Positions 23,629 to 37,470 of a stretch of 64,000 nucleotides of DNA are shown one piece after another (positions within the stretch are counted from its first letter, which is position 1; every line of letters starts with the position of its first letter). The notes beneath the pieces are model-generated. The model was not told the origin of the DNA and made no database searches. It was given only the letters and a program-made list of their open reading frames with translations. A program made the position numbers and the translations under genes. The stretch is taken from positions 2,604,001 through 2,668,000 of the forward strand of contig CDLV01000006.1 of NCBI GenBank assembly GCA_001244265.2. Direction: 5' to 3'. The DNA comes from Microbotryum violaceum. Lineage: Eukaryota.

Positions 23629-26600
23629 ATGTTGGGCCGCTTCAACCGTAAGTGCTCCACTTTACTACCGGCTCCTGATTGTTCCAGGTTATGGCTTTGG
23701 CGAAGGAGATGTGAGGAAGGCCGCAGCTCGCACTACTGCTCGTGTTCGCGACCGGCAATGTGACGCAACCGACGATCCCGACAGCAGCGACTGCGACGGC
23801 AATGCATTCGATTCGCATACGATGGGGAAGCGAACTTCAAGCCCTCTTTACCTAAAAGCACCCCCTGCCCTCTTTCGGGCTACGGCGCAACGTTAACGTC
23901 GGGTGCATCGCCCGCAAATGAGCGTAGAGGCTTTTCCCCGGACTCTTTCTCGCGGCAGACGACGAAACGAGCCTTATGACGGCGCACGGGCGGACGTCCA
24001 GCGGGAGACACCGGCTATCTCGGAGCGACCATACTTGACACATGCACGGATGCATACCACTTATCTCTACTAAACATGTGATCTCCTCTGAATGCTTCCA
24101 ACAGGAACTCCGCTGCATTGCGAGGCTGCTCTTCCTGCCTCGGCCTCGTCGTCATCGCTGACCAAAGGCGGCGATCGCTTCTTCTCTGTCGAGGTCTCTG
24201 AGCCGACCGAGGCCGACGTCGCAAAGTGGAAGAAAGCCTTTGCTCAATTCGCCACGTCTGATTCGATCGGGGGAGCGGCGTGAGTTTTGGCGATGGGGCG
24301 CGTAGACGGATTTTTCTCGACGCGGCACGAGGAGAGATCCAATTGAGGCCCTCTTTCTCTGGTCACTGACTCAACTGGTTGTAGATACCTAACTGAGCCG
24401 GATTTTGTCACGGCCATCGCCCCCGCCGGTGACTTTGCCAAGATTACACGACAACAGTACGGTGCGTCGTCGGGCTGTCTCAAGTTGCGAACCGAACCGA
24501 AGCGGCGACGCGCTCGTTGCAGATGATGTGCAAGGTATTGATACTCTTCAAGCGCTCCGTTCATCACAGGCATCTTGTTTCGCATTGCGGACCGTTCAAA
24601 ATCGGGCAGGGTCACATGGGAAGATTTCTACTCGTTCGAGAAACTTTTAACAAAGCCGGATGCCGATTTCGATGTCAGTTGCGGTGATCGAGCGCGAATG
24701 ATTCTGAGCCATGCAAGCTGACACGTCTCGAATCATCACTTTAGATCGCCTTTAAATTCTTCGATACCGACGGGAGTGGGGATGTCTCCTTTGACGAATT
24801 CAAATCAACCTTTTCGGCCAACTTGGGACCGGATGCGATCCCGTTCGACTTTGACAGCAGTTGGGTCAAGCTCTACTTGGGCAAAGTCGGCGGGAAACAT
24901 GTATTGGGTTACAGGTTAGCCACTCTTGTCCTACTCCGAGATTTGCCTTGTGCTGATCCATCGTTGCCCTCTTTACTCCACACAGTGAATTCACACAATT
25001 GATGAAGGGACTCCAAGGCGAGCGATTACGTCAAGGCTTCGCCCACTTTGACCAGAATCAAACGGGCTACATCGAACCCGAGGACTTTCAAAAAATCATC
25101 TACGAGCTCGCTCGGCACAAGTTGTCCGACGCCGTGCTCTCGGACCTCCCTTCCCTCGCGGCCATCTCCCCCGGTGGCAAGATCTCCTACTCTGAATGCA
25201 TCGCCTTCCACAACGTCGTCAGGGAGATGGACATGGTCGAGAAGATCGTCAGGGAAGCCTGTGCGCGATCACCGGACGGCAAGATCACCCCTTCAGATTT
25301 CACAAACCATGCTTCGAGGGCGATGCGATACGGTACCTTCTCCCCGATGGAAGTCGCCATCATCTTCCACTACGCTGGGCATGGCGATCGGAAGGCGAGG
25401 CTGAGGTTGAGGGATTTTGCGGCGCTTTTGGACCCCAAGTGGGGGCCTGCGAGGACAGCGGCCGGGACGACGAAGCCCAAGTCGGGGACGTTCTTGCACG
25501 AGACGGCCAAGGTGGGTCGAAAGGTTGCCGCCCCTTGTTCAAAGCGCTTTGATCGCTGACACCTGTGCACTTCTAATTCACCACAGTCGATGTACTACTT
25601 TGGGTTAGGAGGTATTGCCGGTGCTTTGGGAGCTACGTTCGTATACCCTATCGATGTCGTCAAGACGCGAATGCAGAACCAGCGATCAAAAGTCGTCGGT
25701 GAACTGCTGTACAACAACTCGATAGGTGCGTCTCCCATGCTCGGCTACCGCTTACCTCCAAGTCACTGATCTGGCGACCGACGTGGTACGGGTGGTTTTT
25801 CCTTGCAGATTGCTTCAAAAAGGTGTACAAGAACGAAGGCCTGTTCGGCTTTTACCGCGGCCTGCCACCGCAGTTGATCGGTGTTGCACCAGAGAAGGCG
25901 ATCAAGTTGACCGTCAACGATCTCGTGCGCGGGTACGCGACCAACAAGGAGACAGGGCGTATCACCGTGTCGTGGGAGTTGCTGGCCGGTGGTGCAGCTG
26001 GTGGATGCCAAGTTGTACGTGTGCATCAGAGGACAAGTTGAACATGCATGGAATGCCGCTTATCGATGTGAAGTGTCCCTCCGTAGATCTTCACGAACCC
26101 TCTCGAGATTGTCAAAATTCGCTTGCAGATGCAGGGACAGACCGCAATCCCGGGTGCGGTACGACAGAGTGCGGCGCAGATCATCAAGTCGCTCGGATTG
26201 ATCGGCTTGTACAAAGGGGCAATCGCTTGTCTGTGTCGTGATGTGCCGTTCTCGGCTATTTACTTCCCTGCGTGAGTTCCACATGTACGCAGGGCCAGCA
26301 GTTTATCAGTCGATGCTGACAGAACGGTCCCTGAATGCGCTACACAGATACTGGCATCTGAAACGAGACGTTTTCCACGAAGGGCGAGACGGCAAGGTCC
26401 TAGGGTACGGCGAGGCCTTGATTTCGGCTGCTGCGGCCGGTATGCCAGCTGCATACTTGACCACGCCTGCGGATGTGATCAAAACGAGGTTGCAGACCGA
26501 GGCGAGGAAGGGTGAGACCCATTACAAGGGCGTGCCGGATGCGTTTAAGAAAATCCGTGAGTCTCTGTGATAGGTCTGCTTCGATATGGTGTTTTGATAC

Positions 26601-27106
26601 TGAGGAGCCGGCGATTTTCGGGATTAATTTCAACAGTGGCTGAGGAGGGCCCGCGAGCATTGTACAAGGGTGGTTTGGCACGTGTCTTCCGATCAAGTCC
26701 CCAGTTTGGTGTCGTACGTCCAGAGGTGCTCATCACCTGCGTTAACGAGATGCTGATAAAAGCAAGCTTTTTCGGTCCCACCTGCGCAGACTCTTGTCGC
26801 TTACGAGAATCTCAAGAAGGTGAGTGCTGAGTGCTGGGGTCAGTATTGCACTTACCGAAGCACTGACCATGGCATCACCAACCACAGGTCTTTCCCTTCC
26901 CTGATCCGTCCACGTCCATCACCGACCTCTTACCCGCCCAAGTCGAGGATATTTCCAAGGTCCGCGCTCGCAACGCGCTCAAGGTCTTGCTTGGCGAGTA
27001 GCTATTCGGTGGATCTTTCTGCATAATGTCTTCTCTCGCTGACATACATCGCTCCCTCTTTGCAGATGTCCACGAAGACTTTGGCGGTGTTCGCACCAAG
27101 CAATAA
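23629..27106 (+). CDS. AGC1: Mitochondrial aspartate/glutamate carrier with EF-hands (aralar/citrin-like)
   Basis: EF-hand-like [14 protein letters not shown] and [14 protein letters not shown]. Three carrier motifs: [22 protein letters not shown] and [11 protein letters not shown]. Also [14 protein letters not shown]. Confidence 0.92.
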
Positions 27107-27515
27107 GCAGTGCTTGCTCTTGGTCCTCATACCTTGTTGGCTTATCTATGACCGGTCCCTGCGGTCGTTTGGTTTCGTGGCTTGCGATTCTAGCAGCGCC
27201 AACAATGAGCGCTGGTTACGACTAATCTGTAGACCCATACCGACGTGTGAAACTACTCTGTAGAGCCACACTGACGTGTGAAATTATGGCAATACTTGCA
27301 TTAACTTTCGTCGAGTTTCGGTAATAGCGATTAGCTATCACCGTAGTAATGGAAGATCCAAGATGCGGATAAGCCCCACGAGCCCCCACGGCTCCCCACC
27401 GCGCCTGCCGGCGCTTGCTGCCCGCGTCGAAACTGATTTGCGGAGCTTGTCTTCTGTCCGCACCCTCCCTACCGTCCCTCCACACGTTATCTACTCATAA
27501 ACTCTCGTTCTAGCC

Positions 27516-29331
27516 ATGTCAGCCAAGTACGATCACGAAGCTGTCAAGGACGTCGCGGACCCTTCGTCCACGCAGACGACCATCTCGCCCATCACCGGCC
27601 AACCGATTGTCGTTCGTCGTCTGCCCAGCGTCAACGACGTCGATCGAATCCTGTACAAGTCCCACGTTGCTCATTTGAAATGGCGTCAAGTGCCCTTGAG
27701 CAAAAGGATCGAGTTGGTCAAGGCAGGAATTACGCATCTCTCGTCCCGTGCAACCGAGCTGGCGCAGGAGATTACGGAGCAGATGGGTCGACCTATTAGA
27801 TACACCGAAGGGGAGATCAAGACGTTTGAGGATAGGGCCAATTGGTTGGTGGGCAAGGCAGAGAGCGCGCTCAAGGATGAAAATGTGGATGAGGGACGTC
27901 CGGAGGGGATCAAGCGAACGATAAGGAGAGCCCCTGTCGGAATTAGTGAGTCCGCCGGAGGAATTGGAAGGCTGCTCATACAGCGGTGCATAAGTAGACT
28001 GACGCCATGTGCTTACGTACAGCCTTCCTGATTGGTGCTTGGAACTTCCCTTGTCAGTCTTGTTGGCGGGTGTCCCGTGTGGCGTGACCCCCACATCGTG
28101 CTAAATTGTGATCCCCTTGACACCAAACGCAGACATGATCCAGGTCAATGCCTTGATCCCTTCCCTTCTCGCCGGTAACTCGGTAATCCTCAAACCCTCT
28201 CCTCAGACGCCCTTGACCTCGGAACGCGTCGTCGAAGCCTTTACCGCCGCCGGCCTTCCTTCGGACCTTCTTCAGTGCCTTCATCTCAACCCCATCCAAA
28301 TGGACATGGTTGTCGCACACCCCCTGGTTCCCTTTGTCAGCTTCACGGGGAGTGTCGAGAACGGTCGAAAGGTTGAGATCGCCGCTGCGTCCAAGGTTCG
28401 ACAGGGGTTCAAGATGGTCGGCCTCGAGCTGGGTGGCAAGGATGCTGCCTACGTCAGGGAAGGTAGGTGAAGATCGAGTGCTCAATTTCGAATGTTCGGC
28501 ATTGAACTCATGGTATGTTGCATCTACAGACTCGGATCCCAAGTACGCCGCAGAGAACATCGTCGATGGTGCCATGTTCAATTCCGGCCAATCGTGCTGC
28601 GCCGTCGAGCGCGTGTACGTTCACGAAAAGGTCTATGACGCTTTCGTCGAGGAGTGCGTCAAGGTTGTCAAGGTAGGTACCATAAACCAACGTTTGGGCG
28701 TTCTTGTACTAATATGATGTCCTGCTTTGAACAGGGGTACGTCCTCGGTGACCCCCGAGAACAAGCGACAACTCTCGGACCGGTCGTCTCGCTCCGATCC
28801 GCCGCGGCCATTCGATCGCACATCGCTGAAGCCGTTCAAATGGGTGCAAAGGCCCTTATCCCCGATTCTCACTTCCCCGAGGCCAAGGAGGGTACGACCT
28901 ACGTTGCCCCTCAAGTGCTCGTCGACGTCAACCATTCGATGAAGGTTATGATGGAGGAGACCTTCGGACCCGTGATGGGCATCATGAAGGTGAGTTGTGC
29001 CCTAAGTGTCCAAGCTGCTTTTAAACAATCAAGAACTGAATCCGACGACTTTTTTCTCCCTCAGGTCTCATCGGACGCAGAAGCCCTCAAACTCATCAAC
29101 GAATCGCCCTACGGTCTCACCGGCTCCATTTGGACCAAATCCGAAGCGGCCTTTGAAGCGCTCGTCGACCACGTCGAAACAGGTACTGTGTTCATGAACC
29201 GATGTGATTACTTGGATCCGGCTTTGCCTTGGACCGGTGTGAAGAATTCGGGCCGAGGTATCAGTTTGTCAAGGTATGGTTTTGATGCGGTCACTAGGGC
29301 TAAAAGTGTGCATGTTAGGCCTTTGGCTTAG
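27516..29331 (+). CDS. Aldehyde dehydrogenase (ALDH superfamily)
   Basis: WNFP, LKPSPQTP, FTGS, LELGGKD, FNSGQSCCA, EETFGP and YGLTGS. Confidence 0.93.
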
Positions 29332-29785
29332 GTGGGGTCGATAGAGCTTCTTTATCAATGCATTGTTCACTATAACAACCCTATGACGGTTCTAAATTGG
29401 GCCTCAGGCTCGGAGCGATCGTTCGGAGCGTCAAACAGCACGGATCGCCCAAGGCACGGACGCGGTCGATGCCGCGTGCGTGACGGCCGGCCGCCTCAGG
29501 CCATATGCCAGCACGATGGTTCGACAGACGGGCAGGTAGTTCCTCGTCGCTCGCATGTGGGGGTACGGGCGTATCTTGTTAGGTACGGTGTCCCTTTGGA
29601 ATCTCTACACTTGCTCCCTGCAGCTCTGCCATCTAACATCCTCAGCACAGCTTCCCAGCACAGCTGCGACATCAGTGAGATCTTCCGGCTGCTCAGGAGA
29701 CTGATCTTCAGCTGAAACAGCTCCTATCTAATATCCGTCCATACCGCCCCGTCATGCAGTGAGCGACTCTCGACCAAACACCCCA

Positions 29786-30457
29786 ATGCAATCTTTGCTT
29801 CCCAAGATGAAAGTTCCCAAACTTCCGTCATTCCTCAAGAGGAAGAACACCTCAACTTCTCAAAGAGCACGCGAACCTTCTACCCCTCTCTTGATAACGC
29901 CTCATTCGCCTTTCAACCAGGCCGAATCTCGCCTCAACAACACCACCACCACCCAAACGACGAACAACTGCTTTACTACTGAATCTGCCCAACGTTCAAC
30001 GAGTGATGAGGGTGCCTCTCCCACCAATACAATTTCGACCCGTTCCCTGCGGCGGAGGTCCACTTCAACTTCTTCTACCTCTTACCACGAATTAAGCGAC
30101 TCCTCAACCTCTTTCCATCGTGAGATACCCATCGAGGACAATTCGAACCCTTTCCTTTCGCCTAAACCCAACATTCTAGATACAACTCGACATCCCGTTC
30201 GATCGGAGATTGCGAAGGCGCCTTTTGGGGAACCGGCGATGGACGAACGGGATAGGTTGCGGGGTATGAGACTCATGGTTGGTGAGGCCAAGGTTAGAGA
30301 AGGGGAGGCGAAGAGGATCTTGAAGCAGAGCAAGGAAGCGGTTAAAGGGTTGAAAAAGGATTTGAAGAAGGTTGCTCGGGAGGAGAAAATTGAGAAGAAG
30401 AAACAGAAGAAGGCAGACAAAACGAAAGCAAAGGAGAAGGGGAAGGGGATGCCGTAG
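29786..30457 (+). CDS. Hypothetical protein, S/T-rich with Lys-rich coiled-coil-like C-terminus
   Basis: ~220-codon ORF filling the space between two genes. Start uncertain; no domain recognised. Confidence 0.5.
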   Translation: MQSLLPKMKVPKLPSFLKRKNTSTSQRAREPSTPLLITPHSPFNQAESRLNNTTTTQTTNNCFTTESAQRSTSDEGASPTNTISTRSLRRRSTSTSSTSYHELSDSSTSFHREIPIEDNSNPFLSPKPNILDTTRHPVRSEIAKAPFGEPAMDERDRLRGMRLMVGEAKVREGEAKRILKQSKEAVKGLKKDLKKVAREEKIEKKKQKKADKTKAKEKGKGMP

Positions 30458-30570
30458 AAGCCGGGGAAAAGGGACCCGTAGGGTGCGGAGGATCGCCATC
30501 ATGCACATTTGTTGTTTTTTCCCACTAGTTGCCATATATACATAAATCTGCTACGCCATTCAGCTGCTCT

Positions 30571-33023
30571 TCAAAGCGTGCTCTCCACCTCCATCAGCTC
30601 CAAACTCCTTGGTGGAGTCGGCATGCCCGCCTCTGGCCTACTCGGAGCGGACAACAAGTGCTCCGAGATAAACTGTGCCTCTTCTTCTTCATGCTTGACC
30701 ACGATCGATAATTCTCGTGGTGCCGAGATGTACATGTCCAGATGCCGACCGATCAAGTCGCTCGCGTGAGGTTTATTGAGTAGGGCCGTTTTAAACGTAG
30801 CGCGCTGGGATCCGTAGCGGTACTACACGTAAGCTCCTTTCGAAACGCATCGCGCACAAAGCTACAGAGTTGCTTACCAAAGCGAAATGTACACCCCGAA
30901 GCGTGATGGAAAAGACCCCTGTGAATTGCTCATCCTCTCTCGTAACACCTCGACTAGTTAGATTGGAGAGCAGCAGCTTTCGGATCGTCTGACAGACGAA
31001 AGAAAGAATCACATAAGCGAAGCGAAAAGTGCAATTAGAACGGTTAGTTGATGCCTGCCTACTTACCGCCTTGTTCCTCGCTTCAATGCCTTCTGCAGCA
31101 GAGGGCGCCAAACTTGTGCTCCTATCTCTTTCCCTCCGAGTCCCAGCCGGATTGCCAGGTGCTACTCCAAGCTTGAACACTCCCACAGGTGCACTCTCAA
31201 TTCGCGTCATCCCACTCCTTCTAAGCTTGCCGATGACGCCTTCGCAAATCGACGTGGATCTGGAATTCGTCAACCGCCTTCTCGCGCCGAGTTCGGGTAG
31301 CCGATCGTCCATCTCTTCGTCTTCGTCCTCAAACGCGTTAGACACGCACGAAGGGGAAGGACTCCCTTCTCGATCGTGGATATGGCCACCTGACCTGGAA
31401 GCTGGCACCGACGAGCTCGAACGTCTGCGCATAATAGCCGAGACTTCTGAAGTGGGCGAAGAAGGTGGAGATTCGACCATCACATTTGGAGACAGGGCTT
31501 TTGAACTCGACATTATCGATCTCGACCGTTTGAGAGGTACAGCAAGATTTGATGATGATTTGGATCGAATGGGTTGATTTGTCGCTGATGATGAGGTCGA
31601 GCGGCGGAATGGCTGATGTTTAGAAGGTGGTGGGGCTGCTGTGGACCCGAACAAATCTTTCGATGAGGTGGATCGCAGTAAGGTTCGCCGAGAAGCGGAG
31701 GTGGCTTCAGCCGACAGCAAGCTCGACAGCGATGTAGTCGTGGACAGCTTCCGAGATCGATGATCGAACACGGGTCTTTCTTTGATCGAAGCCAAGCTCG
31801 AGGTCCGTGATAGGGGGTTGGTCGATTTGAGTGCCGCCGGCGCTTGAAAGTCTAGCATCGGCATCGAAGTGGTCCGTCGAAGTTTTTTGGTAAATAGATT
31901 CTCTGTCGCATTGAATGTTCGCTCCTGCTCAGTGACAGCTTCTCAGCCTTCGCTTGGACGTTGAATGCTCACCTCGCGGCATGGGGTCGTCCGGACGCGG
32001 TAGCCGAGGACCAATCTTGACCGCTCGCCCGAGCGACAAGGTGATAGAAGGTCGAGGCGCCGAACCTGACCCATTTGGAGAAGAACCAAGAGTAGGCAGA
32101 TTCGGTGCAAAGACGATGACCTCCTCGCCTGAAGAGTCAAGGGGTGTGTGAGCATCGGATCAAAGTATACGTAGGTCACGTGATGTGACCCGCCAATCGA
32201 CGATCAATCTCTGAACTGACCTCCTGCATCCAGCCTGACAGCACTCCCTTCACAACCCGCTCGACAAAATGTATCCTGAAACCAGGTAGTTGTTTCGGGG
32301 CACCTAGGGTCTATGTAAATGCGCAGGTCGGTTGGGGTGTCGACGATCACGGTCTCGACCTGCTCTTTGGTCTTGCCCTTGTCGGGTTGCCCCGTTCCCG
32401 TACGGAAGAGAACAGGTGAAGGTGCCAACGCTCTCGGTATCGCCTTGAGATTCGACGTGACGAGTTTGATGTCACTGCCTCGCATCATTTCGAGACCGAG
32501 ACACAGGTCGGCGGCGCTGGTGGTGCTCATGCCCGAGGTCGAGGAGGTGGAGGTGGAGGAAGCAGCGAAGGGGTCCTCGGCAAAAGGAGATGAATGCGGG
32601 ATGGATACCGAGGGCGAGATGGAGGGCACGGTGAATAGATGGGCGACGATAGCGATGCCTGTAGGACGTAGAATTCAGCGAGCGGTGTCAGGAGATGAGA
32701 TGGGGTGGGGACAGGGGGCGAGGGTCGAGCCCAATCGAGAATGAGAATGAGAAACGATGATGGAACTGACCGTCTAGGTACTGTTTGGGCCCTAGGGCCA
32801 GCCTTCCTCTCCACAGCAGTCGACATCCCGAGGGCGCCGAGGACGACGCCGATCCATTGGAGAGTTGACTCTTGGCTGAGCCAAACGCGGTCGGAGCCGT
32901 ACCAGCAAAGGAAGGCGACTGCCGCAATGACGGCGACTGTTCGATCACACCCGACGCGACCGCGACCGCAGCGTTGACAGGTGGGAAAGGGATCGCCGAT
33001 GACGACGCCACGAGCGTACTCAT
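30571..33023 (-). CDS. Sld7/MTBP-like replication-initiation factor candidate (Sld7 C-terminal-like domain)
   Basis: N-terminal RLLWRGRLAL and IYIDPRC..WFQDTFC, a disordered S-rich middle, and a C-terminal NKA-TIRKLLLSNLTSRG..FTGVFSITLRGVHFAL..LIGRHLDMY. Multi-exon. Family call is from memory of the motif. Confidence 0.6.
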
Positions 33024-33379
33024 GCTCGTACTAGACGTAGTCCACGCTCGATAGGACACGTCTCTACGGGCTGGAGCAGCTCGCAAAGTGGTCGCACCGG
33101 GTCGTTGGCTCAGCAGAAGCGAAAGGAGCAAGCGAGCACCGGCCCCCACCGATGACGCCGCGGCGCGTCGGCGCGCGTCGGTCGCACCAAATGAGAAGAT
33201 CAAATGGGACCTAATGAGACGAAATGAGCGCCTAATAGTATAATAGTACGAGGGCGGTAAGGACAGGAAGCACCTTTGCGCGCTCGCCTTCGGAAACCGA
33301 CTCGCTTACCCACACTTGAACAGACCACAACAGACACTCTTGTGGGTGTGAGCGGACAGTCGTGATCGAGGTCCGAGCA

Positions 33380-36300
33380 ATGCTTTCGACGCGCTCTCGC
33401 AATGGGTCGCATCGTCAGGACCGAGACATCGACTCGACCACAAGTTCGTCTTCAACGTCGACCCGATTCGGAGGCTCGGCATCCCTGCTCCTCCTCTCGA
33501 TCCTGTTCCACACCATTTATCTCAACTCTATCTTTGATGTCTACTTTGTCTCACCCGTCACAAAAGGCGTAGGACTGAGGTACGGCGTTGGAGCAGAGCA
33601 CGAGAATGGCGGTCCAGGCGCTACAGTCGGCGAGAAGCTGGCCAAACGAGTCGTCTTGATCGTTGGTGAGTGCAAGACAGACTCCCTGCGATAGGATGAA
33701 ACGAGCTTGCTGACCGCGTTGGTGCTGGGACCCTCGCTGCCGTCTCCCCCACACGTGGGGCCAGGCGACGGACTGCGAGCGGACAAATTATTCCAGATCT
33801 ACAATTCGCCTCCGTTCGACCAAGATCTACCCTTACCAGGCCCACTACAAGACGTCCCTCACGCGTACGCAGTGTCACCTTACGCGAACTGGACCACCCC
33901 AGCCCCGTTCGTGCGCAACCTCATTCAGTCCGGTCAAGCGAGGTGGGGTGTCAGTCACACCAGGGTCCCGACCGAGAGTCGACCAGGCCATGTAGCACTC
34001 ATTGGTGGCATGTACGAGGTGAGAGCATCCCATGTGATCTATCGAGAATATTCATCGAACTCACAACACCTTTTTGCTCCTCTCCATCGTTTCAGGATGT
34101 GTCGGCCGTGACCCGGGGCTGGCAAACCAATCCCGTCAAGTTCGATTCGGTCTTCAACCAGTCGTCGCATGCCTTCACCTTCGGATCCCCAGATATTCTC
34201 CCCATGTTCGCCCAGGGCGCATCGGACCCGACCCGAGTGGACGCCTTCTCGTACGGAGAGAAATACGAAGATTTCTCAAAGGATGCTGTCCACCTCGATT
34301 TATGGGTGCTAGACCAGCTCAAGACCCTGCTGAAGAACTCGACAACCAACCCCAAGTTGGACCAACAACTGAAAGCAGATGGTGTCGTTTTTTTCTTGCA
34401 CTTGCTAGGACTGGACACGACGGGCCACTCGTACCGTCCCCACGGTCCCGAGTATCATCGCAATATCCGAGTCGTCGATCATGTCATCTCCGAAACCGCA
34501 CGTTTGCTCCAAGATTTCTACGACGACGACGGAGAGACAGCGTTCGTCTTCACTGCTGACCATGGCATGTCGTCGATTGGCAATCACGGCGACGGAGAGC
34601 CCGACAACACGAGGACTCCGCTCGTTGTGTGGGGCAAAGGTGTTGCCTCGGGGCTCGTCGAAGACGAAGGCAATGACGACTACTCGCGCCACTGGGATTT
34701 GCGAGGGGAGCGATTGGACGTCGATCAGGCCGACGTCGCTGTCCTGATGGTGAGTTGCTGGTCGTACTGCGCAGTCCAGACTTGTAGCTAAGCCCGACGT
34801 TCTTCCCTTCACTTGCACAGTCCGTACTGGGGGGTCTCGCCATCCCGGCGAATTCGGCGGGCAGAATACCTTTGAAGTACTTGAACGCCGATCCGTCTTT
34901 CAAGGCACGAGCAGGCTTCGCAAATGCGAAACAAGTACTCGCCGAGTTCGAGGAACGAAGTCGTGCGTGGCTCTCCAGATCTTGATCAGTGCCTGCTTAA
35001 ACTGATGCGGTGCTGGAGGACTAAGCAGGCTTCAAGCAGGCTCATGCTCTCGCTTTCAAACCTTTCCCCGAGCTGGTCGATGACGCTTCTAGCGGAACAC
35101 TATCCGTGGAATCGCACAAGCGACAGATCGATGCTTTGATTCATGCCGGTGACTATGAGGAAGCGACTGCGCGGAGCATGGACCTCGTCAATCTCGGGTT
35201 TGAAGGGCTACGATACTTTAGAACGTAAGCTCGTCATGTTTGACACCACAATTCAATCCGAACTGAGTGCATCGTATCCCCGCAGATATGATTGGCTTGT
35301 GTTGCGCACGATTGTTGCACTGGGCTACCTCGGCTTTATCGTTTACTCCGCCCACTTCGTCTTGAGGACACACGTCTACTCGTCCGACGCCAAGGTGGCA
35401 ACCACAACAACGTCTCCGATACCACGAGTCCTTGGAGCTACCATTTTCTCCATTCTCTCGGCCAAGTTCTTCATCGAGCGCTCATCTGCGACATACTATG
35501 CTTACGCCGCCTTCCCGTGCTACTTTTGGTCTTCCATTTTGAGCAATCGCGCTCCCCTGATCTGGCTCTTCCGATCGATATCGCCTGCTCGAGCAGCCAC
35601 AGGTCTAGGCGCGACGTTGATCGTGGTACAAATGATAGCGCAGGCCTACCTCGTCCGCGAGTACCTCACCTACATCCTCATCATAATCGCTCTGGCGTGG
35701 CCCTTGCTGGGCATGGATCGGGCTTTCATAAGGAAGGAGCAGAGACTTGTTGCCGCTTGGGCCGCAAGCTGTTCACTCTTGTCCATCTTCCCTCAACTAC
35801 CGGTGGAGAAAGGGGAAAACTTGACGATCATGTGAGTTGTGCACTGCGAATTGCCGCACACGATGCTAAGGGGGAAGTGGCACCCCCCGGGCTGTGGCTT
35901 ACCCCCGGACTGAGGCTCGCAGTTACGCGGGAGCCGTGGCGATGTTCATCCTCGGCCTTGTGGGGCGAGAAGTACTCGAGCGAGAAGAGACGAAGCAAGC
36001 TACCAACCCGTCATCGACAATACGAGCCACACATAAGTGGCTGGCTCTTCAGGTATGTACACTATTCGCATCTACAACAGTTCGCTCCAAGCTGATGATT
36101 CTGCTTTGGTGCTAGATCGGGCTAATTTTGCTGAGTCTGGTGCCAACCGTCAAGTCAGCGCTCGCATTGCAGAGGAAGCAAGGTCTACCGCTTTGGAGTC
36201 AGAGCCTTGGATGGATTGTCCTTGGTCAGTCGGTACGATCATTGGCGAGGGGTTCAGAATTCGGCTGAACGAGTTGTCATGACTCCAGTCGGTTCGGTCC

Positions 36301-37470
36301 TGGTACCGATCATTCGTGGGCGACCTCGTCAGCAACCTTTCCTGGAGCGACTCTTGATCGTGTTGTTCGCTTTTGGACCCTCGTTCACTATCCTCTCTCT
36401 TTCTTACGAGGGCCTATTTTATGCTTGCTTTTGCGCGACGCTGTGCCTCTGGCTCCTGCTGGAGCGGAGAATCGCCTTGACGAGGACAAGGAATGTGAAG
36501 GATCACGGGGAGTCGCCTAAGATCAATGGCGGCCATATCAGGATGGCCGTCTTCTTCTTGACATTCCTACATCTCGCCTTCTTTGGTGTGGGTAACGTCG
36601 CCAGTATTTCGTCGGTAGGTGCAATGTTTCAGGCGGGTTGCAGGGTCAAAACTGACGGTGTAGAGGCGCTACTTGTTCAGTTCTACTTGGAGCCGGTATA
36701 CCGACTCATACCGGTCTTCAATCCTTTTGCCATGGTAAGATACATTGACTAAGCACTGCGAAGTGCACTTGCCGACCCGCTGATTGCTGCACCCGCCCAA
36801 CAGGCTCTCCTCCTGCTGTTCAAGCTGCTATCCCCCTTTGTTGCACTGTCGGCTATCACATCGGTGCTCAACAAACAGCTCGGTCTCCCGCCCTTCTCCC
36901 TCTTCATCATTGCCTCCACACTATCCGATGTCTTGACCATCAACTTTTTCTTCCGAGTGACCGACCAAGGCAGTTGGTTGGAGATCGGCTCGTGAGTTTT
37001 CATGCCAAAAGAGTCTCCCGTCGCAGTCAAGTGGGTGTATGGAGTGATGTCTAATGATTTGAATCTTGTCGCTCTGCAGAACCATCACCAACTTTGCAAT
37101 TTCTTCGCTGCTGTGCATCTTCAACACGTACGTACCTACCTCTCCGCTCCGTCGCACCAACCCCACTACCCCACATTCAACCTCGGCGAAGCGCTCTCTC
37201 GGTCAAACCCTTCGGCTTCTTGGGCTGACCCGCTTTTATACCGAATCATTTGTGCCTTGATGCAGTAGTCTGTACCTTGGCGGAGAATTCTTGTTGGCGA
37301 ATACCGAAGTCAACTCCAAACGGCTGGAAGCTGTAAGACATGACGACGATGTCAATGAGATCGATGTAGTCGGTCAGGGTAGAATTTTGCCCTCGGGCTC
37401 GGGCTCGGGCTCGGGCTCGACGAGTAGACGGATAACGCGAGCAAGTTCGGCGACAGCGAAGGATGAATAG
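33380..37470 (+). CDS. MCD4: GPI ethanolamine phosphate transferase 1 (PIGN)
   Basis: [67 protein letters not shown] and GSWLEIG. Last exon ends in TAG at 37470. Confidence 0.95.

Noticed and set aside
16493-29331. Metabolic gene cluster (dehydrogenase, PsuG-PfkB, HPP, AGC1, ALDH)
   Set aside because: No coherent shared pathway, backbone enzyme or cluster regulator; this looks like ordinary neighbouring genes.
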